Source: Aquimarina sp. (GTDB lineage: Bacteria > Bacteroidota > Bacteroidia > Flavobacteriales > Flavobacteriaceae). From it: 64,000 nucleotides of DNA. Numbering within the stretch: the first letter of the stretch is position 1; each line of letters starts with the position of its first letter. The stretch spans positions 57,184-121,183 of the forward strand of contig OZ246021.1 of the NCBI GenBank assembly GCA_965230845.1, in the 5' to 3' direction. A program made the position numbers and the translations under genes. Below, piece by piece: positions 47,247-55,740 of this stretch. The notes below the pieces were generated by a model, which ran no database searches, was not told the DNA's origin, and worked only from the letters and a program-made list of their open reading frames with translations.

Positions 47247-48143
47247 TTATCTTCTGGGATGGAAATTATTCATTACTTCGCTTAAATGACTACGATCAAC
47301 ATGCATGTATATTTCTGTAGTCGTAATACTTTCGTGACCTAACATTAACTGTATGGCTCTTAAATCTGCTCCATTTTCTAATAAATGGGTGGCAAAAGAA
47401 TGCCTAAAGGTGTGAGGGCTCACTTTTTTATGAATACCAGCTTTTTCTACCAAACGCTTAATAATTGTAAAAATCATGGCTCTGGTTAGTTGTTTTCCTC
47501 TTCGATTTAGGAATAATGTATCTTCATGGCCTTTCTGAATATTGATATGATTGCGTATTTCCTTGTGATAAATATTGATGAATTTTTGAGTGGTCTCACC
47601 AATGGGGACAAACCGTTGTTTATCTCCTTTTCCTATTACACTTATATAGCCTTCGTCAAAAAAGAGGTGGGATAACTTCAATTCGATGAGTTCGGTAACC
47701 CGTAGTCCGCATCCATATAAAGTTTCTATAATGGCTCTATTGCGTTCTCCTTCGGGTGTACTTAAATCAATTTGTGAAATGATCAAATCGATCTCCTCTA
47801 CAGATAAGGTATCAGGTAGTTTTCTTCCTGTTTTAGGAGACTCGATCAACTCCATTGGGTTGGATTCTCGATAATCTTCAAACACTAAATAATTAAAAAA
47901 ACTTTTTAACCCAGAAATGATTCTTGCTTGGGATCTTGCATTCACCAATTTTGCAGTTTCAAAAACAAACTGTTGTAAGATGTTTTTATCTATGGATAGT
48001 GGAGAGGTTTCTATTTTAGAATTTTCAAGAAAGGATAATAAGCGTCTGATATCCAGTGTGTAATTGATTATTGAGTTTTCTGAAAGTCCTCTTTCTATTC
48101 TAAGATAGTGTTGATAATCCTTTAAGGCGTGTTCCCATTTCAT
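47247..48143 (-). CDS. xerD: Site-specific tyrosine recombinase XerD
   Basis: LYGCGLRVTE, GKGDKQRFVP, PHTFRHSFATHLL and LGHESITTTEIY (R-H-R-H-Y). Start MKWEHAL at 48143. Confidence 0.93.
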   Translation of the reverse strand: MKWEHALKDYQHYLRIERGLSENSIINYTLDIRRLLSFLENSKIETSPLSIDKNILQQFVFETAKLVNARSQARIISGLKSFFNYLVFEDYRESNPMELIESPKTGRKLPDTLSVEEIDLIISQIDLSTPEGERNRAIIETLYGCGLRVTELIELKLSHLFFDEGYISVIGKGDKQRFVPIGETTQKFINIYHKEIRNHINIQKGHEDTLFLNRRGKQLTRAMIFTIIKRLVEKAGIHKKVSPHTFRHSFATHLLENGADLRAIQLMLGHESITTTEIYMHVDRSHLSEVMNNFHPRR

Positions 48144-48308
48144 TAGGATAAAAATAACAAAGAAAAGCATCTTTATGCAAACTGGAAGCGATTAAAATGT
48201 GAGTTGTTTTAGACTACAAATTTGAAGTGAACCATCTGAAGAAAAATAAAAGTGGCAAGGTCTTTGTTTTATCAGGTTCTGTAAATTTTAAATAAACAAA
48301 CATTAATT

Positions 48309-48899
48309 ATGAAAAAAATTTTAGCATTTATCGCAATTGCATTTATCGGGTTTAGTATGAACGCACAAGAAGAGTCAATTCGTTTTGGAGCCAAAGCGGG
48401 TGTAAACTTCAATAATGTAAAAGGAGATAATGAAGGAACAGATAATCGTACCGGTTTCCATATCGGTGGACTTGTTGAAATCCCAATCTCTGAAAAATTC
48501 GCGTTTCAACCAGAATTATTGTATTCTTCTCAGGGAACTCAGGTAGATGAGGATGATTTTGAATCTAAAACAAAATTAGATTACTTAAACATTCCTTTAA
48601 TGGCTAAGTTTTATGCAGCAAAAGGATTTAGTATCCAGGCTGGTCCACAGATCGGGTTCTTGTTATCTGCAAATTCTGAAGGTACCGATCTTGGACAACC
48701 ATTTGATGACGATATCAAAGATCAATTGAGCTCTGTAGACTTCGGTCTTAATTTTGGTGCAGGATATCAGTTGGATATGGGACTGTTTTTTGAGGGTCGT
48801 TACAACTTAGGATTATCTAATATTTTTGATGAAGATGTAATTGGAGATGATAGTGTTCAAAATTCAGTATTCCAAGTTTCTGTAGGGTATAAATTCTAA
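48309..48899 (+). CDS. Porin-family outer-membrane beta-barrel protein (paralogue 1)
   Basis: FGAKAGVN, QPELLYSSQG, LDYLNIPL, GRYNLGL motifs; terminal GYKF. Confidence 0.9.
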   Translation: MKKILAFIAIAFIGFSMNAQEESIRFGAKAGVNFNNVKGDNEGTDNRTGFHIGGLVEIPISEKFAFQPELLYSSQGTQVDEDDFESKTKLDYLNIPLMAKFYAAKGFSIQAGPQIGFLLSANSEGTDLGQPFDDDIKDQLSSVDFGLNFGAGYQLDMGLFFEGRYNLGLSNIFDEDVIGDDSVQNSVFQVSVGYKF

Positions 48900-48920
48900 T
48901 CCTTAGAAAAAGATTAGTAT

Positions 48921-48952
48921 AAAGGGCGTTATGATTCACATAGCGCCTTTTT
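48921..48952 (+). terminator. Intrinsic terminator after porin 1
   Basis: GGGCGTTATG/CATAGCGCCT stem followed by a T-run. Confidence 0.7.
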
Positions 48953-49085
48953 CTTTAATACCTTTAACATATGTTCCTTGAAGATCATTTTGAGAAACAT
49001 ATCTCCTCGATAATGAAACAATGGTACTATTTGCAGTACGATTTTGCAAGTAGATTTGCTTTCTAAACTAAATCAATAAATAATA

Positions 49086-49679
49086 ATGAAAAGAGTTTTT
49101 TTAGCAATCTGTCTATTTTGTATTTCATGTCATCTTATGGCTCAAGAAGAAAAAATTCGTTTTGGAGGTAAAGCAGGGATTAATTTGTCAGAGATTCGAG
49201 GCTCTACTGATTATAGAACAAGTTTTCATGTAGGTGTATTGACCGAAATTCCAGTACTAAATAAAATATCAGTTCAACCAGAATTGGTATATTCTTCCCA
49301 AGGAGGAGAAACTGTAACCTCTGATTTCGAAGCAATCTTTAAGCTTGATTATCTTAATATTCCGGTCATGCTTAAACTTTATCTTGGCAAAAGATTTAAT
49401 TTCCAAGCAGGGCCGCAAGTAGGTTTTTTACTGTCTGCCAGAAGAGAATCTGTAGATAGTTTTGGGGGTATTACAGAAACATTGGATGAGGATATTAAAT
49501 CATTCTTATCAGATGTTGATTTTGGATTAAGTTTTGGATTAGCGTATCAATGGAAAATAGGTGTCTTTATAGATACAAGATACAATCTTGGTGTTACTGA
49601 TATTTCAAAAGTAGAATTTAATAATTCTGATATCGAAAACGGAACTTTTCAGTTTTCTCTGGGATATATGTTCTTATAA
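49086..49679 (+). CDS. Porin-family outer-membrane beta-barrel protein (paralogue 2)
   Basis: FGGKAGIN, QPELVYSSQG, LDYLNIPV and RYNLG motifs. Confidence 0.9.
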   Translation: MKRVFLAICLFCISCHLMAQEEKIRFGGKAGINLSEIRGSTDYRTSFHVGVLTEIPVLNKISVQPELVYSSQGGETVTSDFEAIFKLDYLNIPVMLKLYLGKRFNFQAGPQVGFLLSARRESVDSFGGITETLDEDIKSFLSDVDFGLSFGLAYQWKIGVFIDTRYNLGVTDISKVEFNNSDIENGTFQFSLGYMFL

Positions 49680-49698
49680 TAAGTAAAAAATAAAGATT

Positions 49699-49735
49699 AA
49701 AAAGCTTCTTAAACACAGCAACAAGAAGCTTTTTT
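49699..49735 (+). terminator. Intrinsic terminator after porin 2
   Basis: AAAAAGCTTCTT/AAGAAGCTTTTT stem. Confidence 0.75.
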
Positions 49736-49800
49736 CTTTTATAGATGTATATAGTTCTAAAAATAAAACTACATTTGAGTACGTTTTATAGAATAAAAAA

Positions 49801-50430
49801 ATGAAGAAAACATTCTTTTTGCCCCTAATTGTACTGTTTGCTACTTTTTCATCCTATGCACAGGATGAGGAACCTTTATATACCAGAGCAGGTTTTAAAG
49901 CCGGACTTAACTATGCCAATATTGGTGGAGATATTGAGGATACCGATGCTAGAATCCGAATGCACCTTGGAGCTGTAGTCGAGTTTCCGATTACACAGCA
50001 AATTTATATACAAGCAGAAATACTATACTCTGCACAAGGATACACCATTGAAGAAAATGGTGAAGAAAACAAGATCAGCTTGAATTACCTAACCCTTCCT
50101 TTAATTTCAAAGTTTTATTTCGGAAATCATTTTAGCTTAGAAACAGGTCCTCGTTTTGCTACTTTGGCTAATGCTACAGAATCTGATGATGATACTCCAG
50201 AAGAATTTTTTGATTCTTTTAATAATTTTGATTTTGGTTGGATCGTGGGAGCAGGATATAAGTTCGAAAGCGGATTGTTTCTTCAAGCTCATTATAATCT
50301 AGGACTTAGCGATGTGATTGATACCAATGTGCTGGATGTATCCACCAATACTTCTTTAGTCCAGCTATCCGTAGGCTATTTATTTAAGACCAAAAACAAC
50401 AGAAGACAAGAACCAGCAGTACAAGAATGA
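49801..50430 (+). CDS. Porin-family outer-membrane beta-barrel protein (paralogue 3)
   Basis: GFKAGLN, QAEILYSAQG, LNYLTLP and HYNLGL motifs; own TACATTTG box at 49770-49777. Confidence 0.88.
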   Translation: MKKTFFLPLIVLFATFSSYAQDEEPLYTRAGFKAGLNYANIGGDIEDTDARIRMHLGAVVEFPITQQIYIQAEILYSAQGYTIEENGEENKISLNYLTLPLISKFYFGNHFSLETGPRFATLANATESDDDTPEEFFDSFNNFDFGWIVGAGYKFESGLFLQAHYNLGLSDVIDTNVLDVSTNTSLVQLSVGYLFKTKNNRRQEPAVQE

Positions 50431-50843
50431 AATTGTTAATACTCAACGGACCAAATTTAAATTTACTAGGGAAAAGAGAGCCTGGTATTTACGGAGACCA
50501 AACTTTTGAAGGCTTCTTTAAAGAGTTGCAAGAACAGTTCCCTTTGATTGACTTGTCATATTACCAATCCAATATTGAAGGAGAATTGATCGATAAAATT
50601 CAGGAGGCAGACGATACTGTTGATGGTGTAATTCTTAATGCCGGCGCCTATACACATACTTCTATTGGGATTGGAGATGCGATTAAGGCCATTGCTACTC
50701 CTGTAATAGAAGTACATATATCCAATACTTTTGGGAGAGAAGCGTTTAGGCATCAATCTTATATTTCTCCAAATGCGAAAGGGGTTATTTTGGGCTTTGG
50801 GTTACAGAGTTATGAATTAGCCATACAAAGCTTTTTAAAATAA
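50427..50843 (+). CDS. aroQ: Type II 3-dehydroquinate dehydratase
   Basis: NGPNLNLLGKREP, NAGAYTHTS and EVHISN motifs. Confidence 0.98.
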   Translation: MKLLILNGPNLNLLGKREPGIYGDQTFEGFFKELQEQFPLIDLSYYQSNIEGELIDKIQEADDTVDGVILNAGAYTHTSIGIGDAIKAIATPVIEVHISNTFGREAFRHQSYISPNAKGVILGFGLQSYELAIQSFLK

Positions 50844-50846
50844 CAT

Positions 50847-51578
50847 ATGTATAAGACTTATTTTAATTGGAGCAGTGGGAAGGATTCTTCCCTCGCACTA
50901 TACCATGTGCTTCAAAACAAAGAATTTGACATCTCGCAATTGATCACTACAGTAAATAGAGATTATAACCGAGTTTCTATGCATGGTTTGCGTGTAGAAT
51001 TATTGGATCGACAAGCGGAAAGTATAGGGATTCCTTTACATAAAATTGAATTTCCTGCACGAGTGTCTATGCAAATCTACACCGACACCATGAGAACAGA
51101 GGTAGAACAGCTGAAAAAGCAAGGATATTCTCATTGTGTTTTTGGAGACATTTTCTTGGAAGACCTCAGGAAATATCGAGAAGAACAATTAAATGAAGTA
51201 GGAATACAGGCTTCTTTTCCATTATGGAAGCAAGATACCAAAGAACTACTTCGGGAATTTATTGGTCTAGGCTTTAAGGCCATCACCGTTTGTGTAAATG
51301 CAAAATATCTGAATGAACATTTTTGTGGTAGAGTATTGGATCACAGTTTTATTGAAGAATTACCTGCAGAAGTAGATCCTTGTGGAGAGAATGGAGAGTT
51401 TCATACTTTTGTGTATGATGGTCCCATATTTAAATCACCTATAGATTTTGAAATAGGAGAGAAGGTACTGCGTGGCTATGAGCCCGCATCTGATCAAGAT
51501 GACGATGACTGTTTTAAAGATGATGCAGATAAGAATTGGGATACCTCTTTTTGGTATTGTGATTTGATTCCTAAATAA
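50847..51578 (+). CDS. Diphthine-ammonia ligase (Dph6/DUF71)-like PP-loop ATP pyrophosphatase
   Basis: WSSGKDS PP-loop, FGDIFLEDL and DPCGENGEFHT motifs. Confidence 0.88.
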   Translation: MYKTYFNWSSGKDSSLALYHVLQNKEFDISQLITTVNRDYNRVSMHGLRVELLDRQAESIGIPLHKIEFPARVSMQIYTDTMRTEVEQLKKQGYSHCVFGDIFLEDLRKYREEQLNEVGIQASFPLWKQDTKELLREFIGLGFKAITVCVNAKYLNEHFCGRVLDHSFIEELPAEVDPCGENGEFHTFVYDGPIFKSPIDFEIGEKVLRGYEPASDQDDDDCFKDDADKNWDTSFWYCDLIPK

Positions 51579-51592
51579 TAGTTTTAAAAAAT

Positions 51593-51628
51593 AAAAAACC
51601 TCAAAGTAAAGACTTTGAGGTTTTTTTT
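51593..51628. terminator. Bidirectional terminator between the dph6-like gene and lpdA
   Basis: AAAAAACCTCAAAGT-AAAG-ACTTTGAGGTTTTTT perfect inverted repeat between convergent genes. Confidence 0.88.
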
Positions 51629-51647
51629 ATGATAATTTGAAAATCTA

Positions 51648-53039
51648 TTACAAATGAATCACCTCGTCGTAAGCATCAGCAACTGCTTCCATTACTGCTT
51701 CACTCATGGTTGGGTGAGGGTGAATTGCTTTTAACACTTCGTGTCCTGTAGTTTCTAATTTTCTACCTAAAACCGCTTCAGCGATCATATCGGTTACTCC
51801 GGCACCAATCATGTGGCATCCTAACCATTCTCCATATTTGGCGTCGAAAATTACTTTCACAAATCCATCCTTAGTACCTGCAGCACTTGCCTTTCCAGAT
51901 GCAGAAAATGGGAATTTTCCGATCTTCAATTCATAACCAGCTTCTTTGGCTTGCTTTTCTGTCATTCCAACACTTGCGATTTCAGGAGTAGCATAGGTAC
52001 AACCAGGAACGTTTCCATAATCGATAGGCTCTACGTGCATTCCAGAAATTTTCTCAACACATGTAATTGCTTCTGCGGTAGCAACGTGTGCTAGGGCAGG
52101 ACCAGGAACCACATCTCCAATAGCATATACACCAGGAATATTAGTTTGGTACCAATCATTTACTACAATCTTATCTCTATCGGTAGCAATACCCAATTCT
52201 TCTAAGCCTATGTTTTCGATATTACTTTTAATTCCTACTGCTGATAATACGATATCTGCTTCCAGAACTTCTTCTCCTTTTTTAGTCTTTACAGTAGCCT
52301 TTACACCATCTCCACTGGTATCTACGCTTTCTACGGAAGAATTGGTCATTACCTTGATTCCAGATTTTTTAAAGCTTCTTTCGAATTGTTTTGATACTTC
52401 TTCGTCTTCAAGAGGAACAAGATTAGGTAGGAACTCTACAATAGTTACTTCGGTTCCCATGGCGTTGTAAAAATGTGCAAACTCAACACCAATAGCTCCA
52501 GATCCAACCACAATCATTTTCTTTGGTTGTTCTGGCAAAGACATGGCATCTCTATAACCAATAACTTTCTTCCCATCTTGTGGTAAGTTTGGAAGTTCTC
52601 TTGATCTTGCACCTGTAGCAATAATTAGGTGTTTTCCTTGGTAATCTGTTGCTTTACCATCTGCATCTGTAACCGTGATGGTGTTGCTTGATTTTAGTTT
52701 ACCAAAACCTTCAATTACATCAATTTTGTTCTTCTTCATTAAGAATTGAACTCCTTTGCTCATTCCTTCAGCAACTCCTCGGCTACGTTTTACAACCGCT
52801 CCAAAATCCTTGTCAAAATTCTCTACAGTAAGCCCATAATCTGATGCATGTTTTAAGTAATCAAAAACCTGTGCACTTTTTAATAAAGCTTTGGTAGGAA
52901 TACATCCCCAATTTAGGCATACACCACCTAAACTTTCTTTTTCTATAATTGCGGTTTTAAACCCAAGTTGTGAAGCTCTAATCGCGGCAGGATAACCTCC
53001 AGGACCACTACCTAAAACAATGATATCATATGTGCTCAT
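51648..53039 (-). CDS. lpdA: Dihydrolipoyl dehydrogenase
   Basis: GSGPGG, GGVCLNWGCIPTK and HPHPTMSE motifs. Start MSTYD at 53039. Confidence 0.98.
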   Translation of the reverse strand: MSTYDIIVLGSGPGGYPAAIRASQLGFKTAIIEKESLGGVCLNWGCIPTKALLKSAQVFDYLKHASDYGLTVENFDKDFGAVVKRSRGVAEGMSKGVQFLMKKNKIDVIEGFGKLKSSNTITVTDADGKATDYQGKHLIIATGARSRELPNLPQDGKKVIGYRDAMSLPEQPKKMIVVGSGAIGVEFAHFYNAMGTEVTIVEFLPNLVPLEDEEVSKQFERSFKKSGIKVMTNSSVESVDTSGDGVKATVKTKKGEEVLEADIVLSAVGIKSNIENIGLEELGIATDRDKIVVNDWYQTNIPGVYAIGDVVPGPALAHVATAEAITCVEKISGMHVEPIDYGNVPGCTYATPEIASVGMTEKQAKEAGYELKIGKFPFSASGKASAAGTKDGFVKVIFDAKYGEWLGCHMIGAGVTDMIAEAVLGRKLETTGHEVLKAIHPHPTMSEAVMEAVADAYDEVIHL

Positions 53040-53139
53040 AAATGTCGATTTTTTTGAAGTCACGAATTTAAGGATAATTCGGCGATTCTAAAAAGGAATT
53101 AGATTTTCCTTAAAACAAGGTTTTCATGTATTTAAGCAT

Positions 53140-53169
53140 AAAAAAAACACTATCCCAAGGATAGTGTTA
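53140..53169 (-). terminator. Intrinsic terminator after the lipoprotein gene
   Basis: AACACTATCC/GGATAGTGTT stem with an A-run on the plus strand (U-tract on minus). Confidence 0.75.
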
Positions 53170-53224
53170 ATTTTTTGTGCGATTTATCGTGTGTTCTGTG
53201 ATATATTAGTTTTATATCAAATCT

Positions 53225-53722
53225 TTAGAACTCTAGTTTTAAAGCTGTTTTTACCGCTTCCAGGTTGTTTAAATCTACTGGAGGATTCTCTGCAAATGCA
53301 GAAGGTACAACTACAATTCTAAATACCTGATTGTCGGTAATATCTGCTGCTAATGCTCCCAGGTCGTCGCTTTCTAAGAATATTTCTATACTAGCGATAC
53401 TTTGCTCTGCATCGAATATGAAATTAAATTGAAACTGAGCAAAACCACTCGGTGAGAAGAAGAATGTTCTTGGTAGTGGCTCCCACACATCTAATTGTGC
53501 AGTAGATCTTGTAGGATCTAATATATATACAAGTGCCACATCAGCGTCGAATACATCTACATTGTCGGGTACAACTGCCTCTACGGTGAAGTTATTAGCA
53601 GGATTAAAACTTCTGGTAATTTCAAAAGTACTTCCAATAGTATCAAAATCTGTATCATCATCACTGGTACAAGAAGTAATTAATAAGGTAGAGAAACAAA
53701 GTAATGCAATAATCTTTTTCAT
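53225..53722 (-). CDS. Hypothetical surface lipoprotein
   Basis: Lipobox ITSC followed by TSDDD; VWEPLP and FRIVVVP motifs. Confidence 0.75.
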   Translation of the reverse strand: MKKIIALLCFSTLLITSCTSDDDTDFDTIGSTFEITRSFNPANNFTVEAVVPDNVDVFDADVALVYILDPTRSTAQLDVWEPLPRTFFFSPSGFAQFQFNFIFDAEQSIASIEIFLESDDLGALAADITDNQVFRIVVVPSAFAENPPVDLNNLEAVKTALKLEF

Positions 53723-53749
53723 AAATTCTAAGTGTTTATTTGTTGTAAA

Positions 53750-54145
53750 TTATTTTTTGTCAAAATCGATACTAACCGAATTTACACAGTACCGTTGTCC
53801 GGTCGCTGTTGGCCCATCATCAAAGACATGACCCAGATGGCTTCCACAATTTGTGCATACTATTTCGGTTCTTATCATCCCATGCGAAGTATCTCTTATA
53901 TATTCGATACTTCCCTCTATCGACTCATCAAAACTTGGCCATCCGCACCCAGAGTCGAATTTGGTGTTGCTATGAAATAGGGGAGCACTACAAGCCATAC
54001 AAGTGTACGTTCCTTTTTCGAAATGCATGTTGTACTTACCGGTAAATGGTCTTTCTGTTCCTTTTTGACGCAATACAACATATTCATCATCAGAAAGTTG
54101 TTCTTTCCACTCTTGCTCGGTTTTCTCTACAGGGTATTTTTTCAT
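53750..54145 (-). CDS. msrB: Peptide-methionine (R)-S-oxide reductase, cytoplasmic
   Basis: GTERPFTG, CxxC, SGCGWPSF, CTNCGSHLGHVF and RYCVNS motifs. Start MKKYPVEK at 54145 via TAATG overlap. Confidence 0.95.
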   Translation of the reverse strand: MKKYPVEKTEQEWKEQLSDDEYVVLRQKGTERPFTGKYNMHFEKGTYTCMACSAPLFHSNTKFDSGCGWPSFDESIEGSIEYIRDTSHGMIRTEIVCTNCGSHLGHVFDDGPTATGQRYCVNSVSIDFDKK

Positions 54146-54633
54146 TATTTGGTTTTTTCTGGTACAAATACTAAGGCATCTCCATTGATGCAATGCCTCC
54201 ATCCAGTGGTTTCCCTTGGACCATCATTAAATGCATGTCCCAAATGACCACCACAAGTTCCACATTTTAATTCTACCCTTGCATATCCTATTTTATAGTC
54301 AACGTCTTTTTCAATATTTCCTTTTACTGCTCTGTCAAAACTTGGCCAACCTGTTCCGCTGTCAAATTTATACTTGCTTTCATACAAAGGTGTATCACAA
54401 GCGGCGCAGTGAAAGGTCCCATCGTCATATACTTTGTTCAATATACTAGAATAGGGTCGCTCTGTTCCTGCTTGTCTCAAAATATAGTACTGTTCTGGTG
54501 TTAAAATCTCTTTCCACTCCTCATTGGTTTTAGAAACAGCATATACTTTCTTTTCCTTTTTGACATTTTTTTGAGCGTTACCTGCACAACCTACTACTAA
54601 AGCTACAAAACATAATACAAATAATCGTTTCAT
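54145..54633 (-). CDS. msrB: Peptide-methionine (R)-S-oxide reductase, exported lipoprotein
   Basis: Lipobox VVGC; GTERPY, CAAC, SGTGWPSF, CGTCGGHLGH and RHCING motifs. Confidence 0.93.
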   Translation of the reverse strand: MKRLFVLCFVALVVGCAGNAQKNVKKEKKVYAVSKTNEEWKEILTPEQYYILRQAGTERPYSSILNKVYDDGTFHCAACDTPLYESKYKFDSGTGWPSFDRAVKGNIEKDVDYKIGYARVELKCGTCGGHLGHAFNDGPRETTGWRHCINGDALVFVPEKTK

Positions 54634-54704
54634 ATTTTTTAATTAAAATTAAATAAAGTTTTAGTAATAGTCGTACAAATTCGTTTTCAATAACGTATCA
54701 ACAA

Positions 54705-55565
54705 CTATTCCAAAATAAATTTTACGATTTGGGAAATGACTTTCTGGTCTCCAAGAATTTTGCGATGCCCCAATTGTTCGGTTAACAATAGCTCTCCATT
54801 TTCTAAGGCGTCAGTAATCTCATGAGCCGAGCTATAATGTACATCCACGTCGTTTTTGTCATGAACTACAAGCGTTGGAATTTTGATACCTTTTGCAGAA
54901 ACAGCTCCAGAATAATTATTTAGATCCTCTCCATATCGATGATCAAAATAAGATTTAAGCAGTGTAGCTACTTTTTCGGTTAACTGCAGATTTTTAGCAA
55001 AGTTTTTGGTGATTGCAGTTATACTATTGGCGGTACCTATAATAACTAGTTTTTGAATGTTGAGTCCATGTTTTGTACTTCGCAATAAAGACATACCTCC
55101 CAGAGAGTGACCAATTGCGGCTTCAAAAGGACCATATTGTTCTTCGAGGTAATGGATCGCTTCAATGAAATGTGGTAAAAGGGTTCTTTTTCCTGGAGAT
55201 TTTCCATGAGCGGGAGCATCAAAACTCACCGTGCTATATCCCTTGGCTAATAATTGATCTGCAATTTTTGATAATTGTGTTCCGCTACCAGACCACCCGT
55301 GTACCAAAAGTATCTTTTTGGGAGCATCTCCATAATGATACACCATAATGTCTCGATTGATGGAGTTTACTCGAACTAACTCTTTTTTGCTTTGCTCATA
55401 CATGCTTTTTTCTCGTTCTGGCATTTCGTAACCGAACGGAGTGAGAAAAATGCGAGCTGCAAATCGAGAGGCTAGAAAAGGAGAAATCCAATTCAGTATT
55501 TTGCCAGTATATAGAATGGGTTTTGGTATGAGTAACGCCTGAACAGGAATTAGATCTTTTTCCAC
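54705..55565 (-). CDS. Alpha/beta fold hydrolase
   Basis: LVHGWSG, FDAPAHG, GHSLGG nucleophile elbow, HDKND and LGHRKIL motifs. Confidence 0.9.
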   Translation of the reverse strand: MEKDLIPVQALLIPKPILYTGKILNWISPFLASRFAARIFLTPFGYEMPEREKSMYEQSKKELVRVNSINRDIMVYHYGDAPKKILLVHGWSGSGTQLSKIADQLLAKGYSTVSFDAPAHGKSPGKRTLLPHFIEAIHYLEEQYGPFEAAIGHSLGGMSLLRSTKHGLNIQKLVIIGTANSITAITKNFAKNLQLTEKVATLLKSYFDHRYGEDLNNYSGAVSAKGIKIPTLVVHDKNDVDVHYSSAHEITDALENGELLLTEQLGHRKILGDQKVISQIVKFILE

Positions 55566-55740
55566 GTGCTATTTAGATATTGTTTGGGCAATAAAATTAA
55601 AACATGAGATACTTCTAAATGAAAGAATTATCAATAATTAACATTTCATAACAGTAATCGTGAAGAAATATATTTTAAGATTTGTTTCGTATAACCTGAT
55701 AAAGTGCTTAATTTTGTAGCTTATTTTTAACCAAAGCTGC

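Noticed and set aside
47247-48143. Tyrosine recombinase as a prophage/ICE integrase
   Set aside because: Size and motifs fit housekeeping XerD; no att-like repeats, tRNA, phage or conjugation genes nearby.
54146-54202. N-terminal extension of msrB in the ORF track
   Set aside because: Overlaps the upstream msrB; the TAATG junction supports the start at 54145.
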